DNA of 64,000 nucleotides from Candidatus Thorarchaeota archaeon (GTDB lineage Archaea > Asgardarchaeota > Thorarchaeia > Thorarchaeales > Thorarchaeaceae), in NCBI GenBank assembly GCA_019057475.1, contig DXJO01000006.1, forward strand, positions 68,984 to 132,983. Direction: 5' to 3'. The position numbers and the translations under genes were made by a program. The notes under the pieces are model-generated. The model saw only the letters and a program-made list of their open reading frames with translations. It made no database searches and had not been told where the DNA came from. Shown here in pieces: positions 19,292-28,450 of the stretch (positions are counted from its first letter, which is position 1; every line of letters begins with the position of its first letter).

Positions 19292-21412
19292 TCAAAACAA
19301 TCCGACAAACCATATGTGGAGCATGGCGATAATGGGTAGGAATAGTGTTGCAGTGAGCGAAAGCACTACGAGAAGAGTGTTGATGCTTGGTCCAGCTGTG
19401 TCTTTGAATGGATCACCGACCATGTCGCCGAGGACGACCGAATCATGAACATCATGCCACTTATCAGTGTCCTTCTCGTATTTCTTGTATTCCGGCGATT
19501 CAATCCACTTCTTGGTGTTGTCCCATGCGCCTCCAGCGTTGTCCATCATGATCGCAAGGATGAAGCCAATCAGAACTGCTCCGCCTAGATACGCAGCAAG
19601 AGCCTCAAGTCCCAAGATTACACCGGTGAGAATAGTGGCACCGATTGCAATTATGGTTCCTGGCATCAGCTCCCGGATAGCTCCATGAGTTGCTATGCCA
19701 ATGCATGAGTCGTAGTCTGGTTGTGAAGTTCCTTCAAGGATTCCGGGGTCTTCAGCGAATTGCCTGCGTATCTCCTTGATCATGCGCCCGGAGTTCTTCG
19801 AAACTCCAAGCACCAGTATCGCAGAGAAGACGGTTGGAATCAATGTCCCGATGAACGCTCCAGCGATAACAAATGGATTCGCGAAGTCCACAGAGGTTAT
19901 TCCTGCAGATTGAATGAATGCTGAGAATAGTGCTAGTACTGATATCGCGGATGCGCCAATTGCAAAGCCCTTTGTGATTGCCTTGGTTGTATTGCCACTA
20001 GCATCCAGTTTGTCACAAGCAACAATTGCTTCATGTGGGGCATGTGCCTGTTCAATGACACCCCTTGCATTATCGACAATCGGACCATATGCGTCAATGG
20101 ACATAATGTAACCATTGGTAGCCAGAAGGCCGACTGCTGCAATCGCTACAGCATATATGCCTCCATCCCAGCCACCTAGACCGGGAGTAATAGCAGTGCT
20201 ACCCAGAATGAATGACCCAATAAGGGCAACAACCACACCAATGACAGATGGGACTGTGCTAAGAAGGCCGTATGAATACCCTGACAGGATTAGACCCGCG
20301 GGGCTCTCTTCAGCCGCATCGACCATATTCATCACAGGTTGGAATCCAAGTATTCCACGGTCACTTGTGAAAACGTCTGACGTGAAACCAATTAGTACAC
20401 CTGCAACCAAACCGAGTATTGCCGCACCAGCTAGCGCGAGATCCAAGCCCACTAATGCCATGAACGCCACAGCGAGTATCGAGAACATTATGGTGGTGAG
20501 GTAGGTTCCTCTATTCAACGCCGGACCAGGGTCCTCGCTCTCTTTTGGTTTAACAAGAAACACGCCCACTATTGAAGCTACTGTGCCAAGTGCGGCAAGC
20601 AGCAGAGGTAGAATAGCAAATGAAATCGGAGTGCTCACGGTGGCATCTATTGCAGCGCCTATGATGGACGCAGCTAGTATAGATGCTACATTGCTGTCGA
20701 AAATATCCGCTCCGCTTCCCGCAACATCACCAACATTGTCTCCAACTGCATCAGCGATTGATGCGGGGTTTCTTGGGTCATCCTCGGGAATGTGCTGCTC
20801 TATCTTTCCGACAATATCAGCAGCCATGTCTGCAGTTTTCGTGAAGATTCCGCCGCCAGCCTTTGCAAATAGAGCTACCGTGGAAGCGCCAAAGCTAAAG
20901 CCCACAATAATCTCCCAGATTTCGGGGGTGGTAGCAGCAGGGAAAACGGCTTCCCATAATAGGAGTATCAGTCCTAGGCCAGTTAAGGCGATTCCTGCAA
21001 TGCAAAGACCCATGAACGAGCCTGCTCTAAATGCTACTCTGAATGCTGGAATAAGGCCACCCTTCGCAGCAGCTGCGGCTGTTCGTCTATTCGCTCTAGT
21101 TGCCACAATAATCCCTAGATAGCCAGCAGCCATACTAGCAAGAGAGCCCAGAATATAGGAGATTGCAATTGCAAATGCAAACTCACCAAATACAAGGGCG
21201 ATCACAACTGCTAGAACTAAGGTAAATGCAGTCAAGACTTTGTATTGACGTTTAAGAAACGAGTATGCACCTTGCTCAATGAGGTGGCTGACCTCTTTCA
21301 TTCGTTCGTCGCCTTCATCTGCCTTTTCATTGGCTCTGAAGATGTAAATCGCGACGACAATGGCGAGCAGACCGGATGCAAGTATCGGTCCGATTAACAG
21401 TAAGTCCGTCAT
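19292..21412 (-). CDS. hppA: membrane-bound proton-translocating inorganic pyrophosphatase, K+-independent type
   Basis: It is a 706-aa polytopic protein with the conserved H+-PPase motifs. The GNTTKA motif carries Lys at the position that distinguishes K+-independent enzymes from K+-dependent ones, which have Ala there. Confidence 0.9.
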   Translation of the reverse strand: MTDLLLIGPILASGLLAIVVAIYIFRANEKADEGDERMKEVSHLIEQGAYSFLKRQYKVLTAFTLVLAVVIALVFGEFAFAIAISYILGSLASMAAGYLGIIVATRANRRTAAAAAKGGLIPAFRVAFRAGSFMGLCIAGIALTGLGLILLLWEAVFPAATTPEIWEIIVGFSFGASTVALFAKAGGGIFTKTADMAADIVGKIEQHIPEDDPRNPASIADAVGDNVGDVAGSGADIFDSNVASILAASIIGAAIDATVSTPISFAILPLLLAALGTVASIVGVFLVKPKESEDPGPALNRGTYLTTIMFSILAVAFMALVGLDLALAGAAILGLVAGVLIGFTSDVFTSDRGILGFQPVMNMVDAAEESPAGLILSGYSYGLLSTVPSVIGVVVALIGSFILGSTAITPGLGGWDGGIYAVAIAAVGLLATNGYIMSIDAYGPIVDNARGVIEQAHAPHEAIVACDKLDASGNTTKAITKGFAIGASAISVLALFSAFIQSAGITSVDFANPFVIAGAFIGTLIPTVFSAILVLGVSKNSGRMIKEIRRQFAEDPGILEGTSQPDYDSCIGIATHGAIRELMPGTIIAIGATILTGVILGLEALAAYLGGAVLIGFILAIMMDNAGGAWDNTKKWIESPEYKKYEKDTDKWHDVHDSVVLGDMVGDPFKDTAGPSINTLLVVLSLTATLFLPIIAMLHIWFVGLF

Positions 21413-21569
21413 AGTGGATTCACTGTGTCCGTTGGAAAAGCACCTCCCTCTTAGGTGTTACTCTTTGAACTCTCAAATTAGCAATTCGATGAGAGTGAAA
21501 TCCGCCCGTGATTTCATAAGGTACTCCTATCACGTTGGATCGCCTAGACCCTCTTCTACCAGTGGTGAA

Positions 21570-22289
21570 ATGCCTGTGCCTCAAAGAAACATCATTGAAG
21601 GACGCCTGATTGAAAGACCAAATCGATTCCTTGGAGTAGTGGACATCAATGGAATTCAAGTCAAGGCGTTTATTCCAAATCCTGGCAGGATGTACGAACT
21701 GATGGTGCCTGGCAAGCATGTCTACCTTACACCTGCCACTGGGAACAAGAGAAAGACTCAGTACAATCTCATTGGCGTTGAGCATGCAGGCGTTCTTGTT
21801 TCAATTGATTCAAACCTGCCTAATCGGTTCATGAAGAGAATGCTTCACGAACACAAACTGGAGATGTTCTCTGATTATGAAACGGTGGTTCCAGAGCCTA
21901 GGTACTACAATGGGCGCTTTGACTTCAAGCTTGAAGGGTTGAACGGGATTACTCTCATAGAGGTGAAGTCGTGTACTCTTGTGGAGGATGGTCGTGCGAT
22001 ATTCCCCGATTCTCCAACTAAGAGAGGTGCCAGGCATATGAAACATCTTGCATGGGCTCTAACAGAGAAGATTGCGGATGCGACAGCGGTGGTGTTCATC
22101 ATTCAAAGACCTGATGTACAGGTCTTCTCACCGAATGATCCAACAGACCCGGAATTTTCAAATGCGCTGCGAAGTGCTGCCATGAACGGCGTAGAGGTGT
22201 ATGCTTTAGCAACCAAAGTCGTGGATTGGGATCTTCAACTCCTCGGTCAAGTCCCTGCGGAGCTAGAGCACTTCTCCACATCCCATTGA
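21570..22289 (+). CDS. sfsA: sugar fermentation stimulation protein A homolog (SfsA, DNA-binding)
   Basis: The SfsA family RPNRF motif (IERPNRFLGVVD) is near the N-terminus of the conserved region. The ORF track starts at 21360 and overlaps hppA, so I assign the start to the ATG at 21570, which gives 239 aa. Confidence 0.7.
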   Translation: MPVPQRNIIEGRLIERPNRFLGVVDINGIQVKAFIPNPGRMYELMVPGKHVYLTPATGNKRKTQYNLIGVEHAGVLVSIDSNLPNRFMKRMLHEHKLEMFSDYETVVPEPRYYNGRFDFKLEGLNGITLIEVKSCTLVEDGRAIFPDSPTKRGARHMKHLAWALTEKIADATAVVFIIQRPDVQVFSPNDPTDPEFSNALRSAAMNGVEVYALATKVVDWDLQLLGQVPAELEHFSTSH

Positions 22290-22335
22290 TGGAAACATTA
22301 AGCTTTTCTTGCTGTACTGCTAGGTTTTTGATGAG

Positions 22336-23475
22336 ATGCTAGCTCGGGTAGGGGAGAAACTGCGTTCGTTTTGGCCAGTGCAGACGTTGAAACTTATCGT
22401 TTTACTTCTTATCCCCTATAGAGTTTCAATAGAATTCGTTCCCTATGACACCTACATCCATCTCAGCAGCATATTCTGGCAATGGTACTCGTATGAACCT
22501 GGTTGGTTTATAGCTCAGAGATTCGGATTAATGTCTCCTTGGACTGCTGCTGCAAACATTTCAGTGATTACAGCTCCAAGTCTATATTTCTGCTATAGGC
22601 TGCGGAGTATGTCGGAAACTGAGTCTTCCTCCTGGCTAGCCGCTTCAACTACGGCAGTGTCGTTCATCTGTTTTATTCTGATATCCTATTCATACTGGTT
22701 TGAGTTTGGAGGTTGGGGATCGGATACAATGTATTGGCACGCGCTGCAAGGATTTCTCACAATCCTTCTCACCTTGTTTGTGTTCGTGCCTACCCTTAAA
22801 CGTGTATCAAACAAATGCATTCCCAAGCGGCAGATGCGAAGGGCTAAGCGTATCCGCGACAGACTCCATCAGACTCTAGTGAAACTGTTGCCACAACATG
22901 TTAGCAGGATGATGATTCTGGCCGCGTTGGTTCCACCTTACATGTTTGGATTGTTCGTTGACACTTACGGCAGCGGCTTGAGCCTTTTTAGTCCGCTAGC
23001 CGGAATGTTTTCCTTTTACTTCCAAGTTGATCGCTTTTTAGTAACTCCGTTTCTGCCGTACCGTGCCAGTTTCCTCATGCAACTCGGGAGCACGACAATT
23101 GGCTTTCTTGCACTTGGCATTCTTTGGCTTCAATTACTGTATGCTCACGAAGTTCTAAGATACGTTGAGGGGCGGGTTGGTAAGAAAAGGGTCACGCTCA
23201 TCGGATTGACGTTACTAGTTCCGATCGTATTCCTCGGAGTTTCAAGCGGAGTTACAATGATGCTGGGTCAAGCTAATAGCGCATTCATTCCCTTCCCTGT
23301 GTCGATTCTTATAGGGTCTTGGCTTGTTCAGAGAAAGGATCGACTTCTCTCAAATGGAGATGCGGAGCCAGTGGAGGTAGAACCTTCTCCAAGTCATGAG
23401 AACGAAGTTTCCGTTCCTATTATCTACATCTTAGAGTCGCGTTTGAAGAAATTGCTTAGGAGGCATAAATCTTGA
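22336..23475 (+). CDS. polytopic membrane protein, unknown, translationally coupled to the downstream ABC ATPase
   Basis: It has ~8-10 hydrophobic helices and a 4-bp overlap (ATGA) with the ABC ATPase gene. Confidence 0.45.
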   Translation: MLARVGEKLRSFWPVQTLKLIVLLLIPYRVSIEFVPYDTYIHLSSIFWQWYSYEPGWFIAQRFGLMSPWTAAANISVITAPSLYFCYRLRSMSETESSSWLAASTTAVSFICFILISYSYWFEFGGWGSDTMYWHALQGFLTILLTLFVFVPTLKRVSNKCIPKRQMRRAKRIRDRLHQTLVKLLPQHVSRMMILAALVPPYMFGLFVDTYGSGLSLFSPLAGMFSFYFQVDRFLVTPFLPYRASFLMQLGSTTIGFLALGILWLQLLYAHEVLRYVEGRVGKKRVTLIGLTLLVPIVFLGVSSGVTMMLGQANSAFIPFPVSILIGSWLVQRKDRLLSNGDAEPVEVEPSPSHENEVSVPIIYILESRLKKLLRRHKS

Positions 23476-24395
23476 ACTCGGTAAAGAGTATCGTTGAACG
23501 AATGAACAATGACGAGCTAATCCGACTGGCACGACAACTAGAGGTGTCTTTGACAAATCGGAAAGTTAAGCGTGATTTGCTCGTAGAAACCATTCAAAGC
23601 GAGCTCGAAGAGCACTATCGTGAAAGGATTCCATGGAAGAAAACTCGATTGAAAGATCCAGCAATCCAGATTAGTGGTCTGACCAAGAAGTTTGGAAATA
23701 CTATTGCTGTGCGAGGCCTGAACCTTGTTGTGCGCCCGGGCCAAATCGTGGGTCTTGTCGGGCCTAACGGTGCTGGGAAAACAACCACATTGCGAGTGCT
23801 TGCAGGTATTATCAGACCAACAGAGGGCTCAGTGCGGGTGAATGGATTCGACATGAACGTTTCTCCGCTCAAAGCCAAACAGACACTTGGATACATACCT
23901 GAGAGACCTACCTGTTATCCAAACCTGAAGGTCCGCGAGTACCTCACTTTCATCGCCAAAATCTACCGTGTTCCGCCAATTGATGCCACTCTTAGGATGA
24001 AGGAATATGTAGACCTGTTCCAATTGAACGACCTTCTTGATGCCTATATTGGTACTCTCTCAAAAGGCAACTTGCAAAGGGCTCTCCTAGTGGGCATATT
24101 TGTAAGACCTCCGCCGCACATCCTTGCTTTGGACGAGCCGATTTACGGGCTTGATCCTCGTGGAGCGTGGAGCTTGAAGGTGCTCTTGAAAAAACTACGC
24201 GATGAAGGCTCAGCCATTCTCATATCTACTCACATTCTTGAAATTGCGGAGGGCCTCTGTGATCGTTTTGTCATAATGAATGAAGGAGACGTTGTAGGAA
24301 AAGGAACTCTGGAGGAGCTACTTGTTCAGACACCTAACGCACATACAATTGAAGAAATATTCTTGGAGCTAACTGGCGGCATACCGGGAACGTAG
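23472..24395 (+). CDS. ABC transporter ATP-binding protein with a ~60-aa N-terminal extension
   Basis: It has Walker A GPNGAGKTT, Walker B ILALDEP, an H-loop STHIL and an atypical signature LSKGNLQR. The N-terminal extension ELIRLARQLEVSL is Rho_N/SAP-like. Confidence 0.8.
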   Translation: MNSVKSIVERMNNDELIRLARQLEVSLTNRKVKRDLLVETIQSELEEHYRERIPWKKTRLKDPAIQISGLTKKFGNTIAVRGLNLVVRPGQIVGLVGPNGAGKTTTLRVLAGIIRPTEGSVRVNGFDMNVSPLKAKQTLGYIPERPTCYPNLKVREYLTFIAKIYRVPPIDATLRMKEYVDLFQLNDLLDAYIGTLSKGNLQRALLVGIFVRPPPHILALDEPIYGLDPRGAWSLKVLLKKLRDEGSAILISTHILEIAEGLCDRFVIMNEGDVVGKGTLEELLVQTPNAHTIEEIFLELTGGIPGT

Positions 24396-25988
24396 GTGTT
24401 TCAACTGAAAGCGAGTACTTTCTCTTTGTTAGCTAATGAGATTCGCATGTTATTCAATCACTTGAAGCGCACAATTACTTCACCCTCGATGCTCTCGTTC
24501 TATGCAATAATGCTAGTAGGAACCTACCTCGTGAGTTCGGTCATTGCGATTCTAGGCAGTTACGAGCCGCTTTTCGAAACTGTGACCACAACCATTGAAT
24601 CTACCATTGACAGAAGCATGGTAATGTCTGCTCTAGGCTTGGTCAGTCTAATGGCAGTGGTTGGGGGTTACCTTGGGCGGGGGCCTTCAGCCGAGCTGAC
24701 TGAGATTGATGAGTACATCATGATGCCCACACCAACAATGCCGTATCAATTGTTCATTCCCAAATATATACGTAGAATATTCAGGAAACTGGGCTTTGCG
24801 TTCTTGGCTTTGCTTGTCGTCCTTCCTCTTGTATCTTCTTCGGATATTCCGCTAATTCCTCTAGGGGTTCTGATGGCCTGCTTCATCGTTTTCTTGGAAA
24901 TAAACTATCTATTAGGAAGCATTAGCTTTCAGATTCGTTCTAGGCTTGAGAGAAAATTCAAAACGCCTTTCAGGCATTTCATCCTTCTTTTCTTGGCACT
25001 TGTTGTGTACATCCCAACTCTTCCTGAAGTTACAATAAACCCGATTTCTTCTCTTCTCATTCCTTCAAACGCATTCGCTTACATTGTAATGGAGATGACA
25101 GGCATTTTCGCATCCGGGTTGGGTCCCTTGAATGGATTAGTTTGCCTTCTTCTTGGCTACCCCATCGCGTTTCTTGTGGTAGTCAATCTTGTTGGTCAAG
25201 ATTATTACGAACGATTTGCGTTGAAGACATCGAATGGAGGAAATGAGAGCAGAATAAGTAGAATGATCAGAGGAGAGGTTGACTTCTCGGAATCAAGGTT
25301 CAATGATCCCCTAATGTGGGTGTTTCTGAAGGACTTCTGGAGCAAGATGCGCAAGCCGTTTCAGTTCTGGAAATACCTCTATTTCTTCATTGGCATAGCG
25401 ATTGCATTGTATCTCAACATAGTCCGACCAATATGGCTTCCTCCTCTCATCATACCACCTGAATTGAGCTTTGCGGCTGTTCCGGCATTTCTTCTAGTCC
25501 TAATATTGGTAACACAGATGGCTAGCGTGAGCGCGCTGCTCAGTTTCATTGATGAGAAAGAAAATATATACCTACTAAAATCCAGTCCATTCAAAGCCTC
25601 TGATATTGTTCTTGCGAAGTACTTTCTAAGTCTCTTTGAAGTAACACTCACTGCTGCCCCTATTGTCGGATTCCTAGCGTACTTCATGCGCATAGAAGGC
25701 TCCTTCTATCTGCTCACCTTGGTTGCTCCACTAGTGCTTATTTTCTCCGCGACAGGTGTTATGGTCGGAGCATATGTCCCTGTGTTCACAAATGAACCGA
25801 GCGATCCTCCTGTGCCACTTGCATTTGGATTTCCTGCCATCAATATCGGCTTCGGGGCATTGCTGATGGCTATCGTAGCAATATACGCAGACGACATGCA
25901 ACTAGTGCAAGTCATGCCTGCGTTCGTTGTCGTGGTTGTCTTGGGTCTTCTAGCATTGGCCACATTCGCACTAAGATCTTACAAGTAG
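24396..25988 (+). CDS. ABC-2-type / putative ABC-exporter permease (530 aa, >=10 TM)
   Basis: It is a polytopic membrane protein directly following the ABC ATPase, with a two-halves architecture. Confidence 0.55.
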   Translation: MFQLKASTFSLLANEIRMLFNHLKRTITSPSMLSFYAIMLVGTYLVSSVIAILGSYEPLFETVTTTIESTIDRSMVMSALGLVSLMAVVGGYLGRGPSAELTEIDEYIMMPTPTMPYQLFIPKYIRRIFRKLGFAFLALLVVLPLVSSSDIPLIPLGVLMACFIVFLEINYLLGSISFQIRSRLERKFKTPFRHFILLFLALVVYIPTLPEVTINPISSLLIPSNAFAYIVMEMTGIFASGLGPLNGLVCLLLGYPIAFLVVVNLVGQDYYERFALKTSNGGNESRISRMIRGEVDFSESRFNDPLMWVFLKDFWSKMRKPFQFWKYLYFFIGIAIALYLNIVRPIWLPPLIIPPELSFAAVPAFLLVLILVTQMASVSALLSFIDEKENIYLLKSSPFKASDIVLAKYFLSLFEVTLTAAPIVGFLAYFMRIEGSFYLLTLVAPLVLIFSATGVMVGAYVPVFTNEPSDPPVPLAFGFPAINIGFGALLMAIVAIYADDMQLVQVMPAFVVVVVLGLLALATFALRSYK

Positions 25989-25992
25989 TGTA

Positions 25993-27909
25993 TCATCGTC
26001 GGGCTGCGAGTCTCAGAGCATTGGCAATCACTACTAACGATAAACCCATATCCCCTATTCCGATTGCTACCCAGAGACTAACAAGGCCTGGGACTGCTAA
26101 GACCGCTAGGAGAACCTTCACTCCTATTGACAATCCTACGTTTTGCCTAACAACTCTCATTGTGCCTTTTGATTGCTCTAGCAACTCGAGGATCTTTCTG
26201 AGGTCGTCCTTCATAAGTGCGACATCTGCGGTTTCTAGTGCTGTATCGCTGGCAATTACGCCCATTGCTATACCGACATCAGCAGCGGCCATAGCCGGGG
26301 CATCATTCACACCATCTCCAACCATGAGAACACGTCCTTGCTTGGCAAGATCTTCAATGTATTCGACCTTTTGGGAGGGAAGCAACTCCGCTTTGTATTC
26401 ATCAATCCCGAGGAACTCTGCAATTTTCTTTGCCGCGACTTCGTTATCACCAGTCAGCATGACTGTACGAATTCCACGTTGCTTAAGGCTGGTTACCGTT
26501 TCCTTTGCACTATCTCTAACTCTGTCAGAGAGAACAATGGATCCCAAGTGCGTATTTTCTCGTGCAACATACACAAGAGTGCCGGTTCCACATTCGTGGT
26601 CGTGTGAGTGATCGACAATAATTCCATTTTCTTTGAGCAAAGCCTTGTTCCCCACCAAATGTCTTCGACCTGCAATGCTACCAGCTAAACCTCGTCCTGG
26701 AATTGCAAAGAAGTCATCCGCATCTGGGATGCGAAAGCCTTGCTGTTCTGATACTTCCAGAAGTGCCTTCGCAATAGGGTGTTCAGACATCCTTTCAAGT
26801 GCAATTGCTATCGAAAGAACTTCCTCTTTCGTAGCACCATTGTGTACACACACATGATCAACAGCTAAGCGGCCTTCAGTGAGAGTTCCGGTCTTGTCAA
26901 ATGCTACCGTGTAGACATTGCTCATGCTTTCGATATACTTTGAACCCTTGACAAGTACTCCATTGCGTGCAGATCCAGCTATTGAAGATACCATACTAAC
27001 TGGAATCGAAATGGCGAATGCGCAGGGGCATGATATGACCAAGAGGGTCAATCCTCTGTATATGGAATCCTGTGCACTAAGGCCAAAGAGTAAAGAACCT
27101 ATGACAAGGGCGAAAGAGAGAATCACAACTGCTGGTGTGTATATGTGCGAGAACCTTGACACGAAGGCTTCCGTAGGAGATCGCTTTCCGCGGGCTTCTT
27201 CAACCAATTTCACAATCTGAGATAGCATAGAATTTTCAGAGGACTTAGTGACTCGGATTTCAAGGAACCCTTCCTGATTTATTGTTCCTGCATAGACATC
27301 ATCGGTGATTGACTTAGTAACTGGAAGCGACTCGCCTGTAATGGTAGCTTGATTGACTGTGGAGTTTCCTTTCACAACTTCCCCATCGAGACCTATTCTT
27401 TCTCCCGGCTTGACACAGATTATGTCGCCTACTTTGACATCTTCTACGTGAATGCAGGCTTCTGCCCCATTGACTCTGATTGTAACAGTCTGTGGGGACA
27501 GCTCTAGTAGTGATTGAATATTCCTTCGAACGCTGGTTCCAGCTTTCTCTTCAAGCAGCTCAGCGACGTAGAAGAGCAGCATTACGGCCGCACCCTCTTC
27601 CGGTGCACCTATGAGTAATGCGCCGAAAGCTGCAACAGTCATGAGGAAGTTTATATCAAGATGAATTTTCGCAGCTCCTCTCAGTCCCCTAGGAATGACC
27701 CATCTTCCTGCAGAGACTATTGACACAACGAACGCGGCATAGACCCAGATTGCATCGAAGTTCAACCATTGAAGAGTAAATCCAGCGGCAAAGGCTGCGG
27801 CTGACGAAATTACAAGGATGTACTTCACGCGAAAATCGGTGTCATCTGCTCTTGCCTCCTCTGCGGCGCAATGGGAGCAGTAATGTTCAGTTTCCTGAGA
27901 CATGTTCAA
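25993..27909 (-). CDS. heavy-metal-translocating P1B-type ATPase (Zn/Cd/Pb-type features)
   Basis: It has a CPC motif (SCPCAFAIS), DKTGTLT phosphorylation, GDGVNDAP and TGDN motifs. The TM7 N...K and TM8 Asp (GIGDMGLS) suggest P1B-2. Confidence 0.85.
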   Translation of the reverse strand: MNMSQETEHYCSHCAAEEARADDTDFRVKYILVISSAAAFAAGFTLQWLNFDAIWVYAAFVVSIVSAGRWVIPRGLRGAAKIHLDINFLMTVAAFGALLIGAPEEGAAVMLLFYVAELLEEKAGTSVRRNIQSLLELSPQTVTIRVNGAEACIHVEDVKVGDIICVKPGERIGLDGEVVKGNSTVNQATITGESLPVTKSITDDVYAGTINQEGFLEIRVTKSSENSMLSQIVKLVEEARGKRSPTEAFVSRFSHIYTPAVVILSFALVIGSLLFGLSAQDSIYRGLTLLVISCPCAFAISIPVSMVSSIAGSARNGVLVKGSKYIESMSNVYTVAFDKTGTLTEGRLAVDHVCVHNGATKEEVLSIAIALERMSEHPIAKALLEVSEQQGFRIPDADDFFAIPGRGLAGSIAGRRHLVGNKALLKENGIIVDHSHDHECGTGTLVYVARENTHLGSIVLSDRVRDSAKETVTSLKQRGIRTVMLTGDNEVAAKKIAEFLGIDEYKAELLPSQKVEYIEDLAKQGRVLMVGDGVNDAPAMAAADVGIAMGVIASDTALETADVALMKDDLRKILELLEQSKGTMRVVRQNVGLSIGVKVLLAVLAVPGLVSLWVAIGIGDMGLSLVVIANALRLAARR

Positions 27910-28201
27910 TCGCCCGTTTCAGAATGTCTTTCACACACTGGTCATCGAGGGAGTGATAGATTTGTTTGCCATTGCGTTTCTTTCCTACGAATCCAAGATT
28001 TCCTAGGATGCTAAGGTGATGGCTAACGCTGCTTATCGACATGTTCAACTCGTTGGCAATCTCAGATACGTTTCGCCTTCTATCCTCCGCAAGGATCGCT
28101 ATTATGCGGAGTCGGGATTGGTCGGACAACGCCTTGAAGATTCTGACAAGCGCTTCCAAATTATCACCGTCTTCACTCAGTTGGGAATTAAGAGTCGACA
28201 T
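27887..28201 (-). CDS. ArsR/SmtB-family metalloregulator
   Basis: It is a 104-aa wHTH protein (LSDQSRLRIIAILAEDRRRNVSEIANELNMSISSVSHHL) immediately upstream of the metal ATPase. Confidence 0.85.
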   Translation of the reverse strand: MSTLNSQLSEDGDNLEALVRIFKALSDQSRLRIIAILAEDRRRNVSEIANELNMSISSVSHHLSILGNLGFVGKKRNGKQIYHSLDDQCVKDILKRAIEHVSGN

Positions 28202-28450
28202 AATCTAACCCACATTATCACATTTGAACAAGTATTGGAATGTTTTGTGGTAAATAAGGATTGCTTTAGGGCAGTGATTGATGATTTCCCTTCAGTAACA
28301 CTACTCATATCGACAAGGAACAATTATGTAGACTCCAGAGGGAGTTTCAATAGATGGGACTACTTCGCGACTGTGACCCTACTCAATCGCGAGTCAGTGT
28401 GCTGTGTTAAGGATACTACATGGTCCAAGCCACACACTTTGCAATAATCT

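Noticed and set aside
19467-21122. Antisense ORFs within hppA (for example 20115-20504 + and 20583-21122 +, 179 aa)
   Set aside because: They have Ala/Pro/Ser-rich low-complexity translations, and the opposite strand encodes a highly conserved H+-PPase.
21360-21569. N-terminal 70 codons of the ORF-track version of sfsA, which overlap the hppA start
   Set aside because: They are non-conserved and overlap the divergent hppA. The conserved SfsA sequence begins at the internal Met at 21570.
25988-26611. 207-aa ORF on the plus strand overlapping the P-type ATPase
   Set aside because: It is antisense to a well-conserved ATPase and has a Ser/Ala/Thr/Ile-biased composition.
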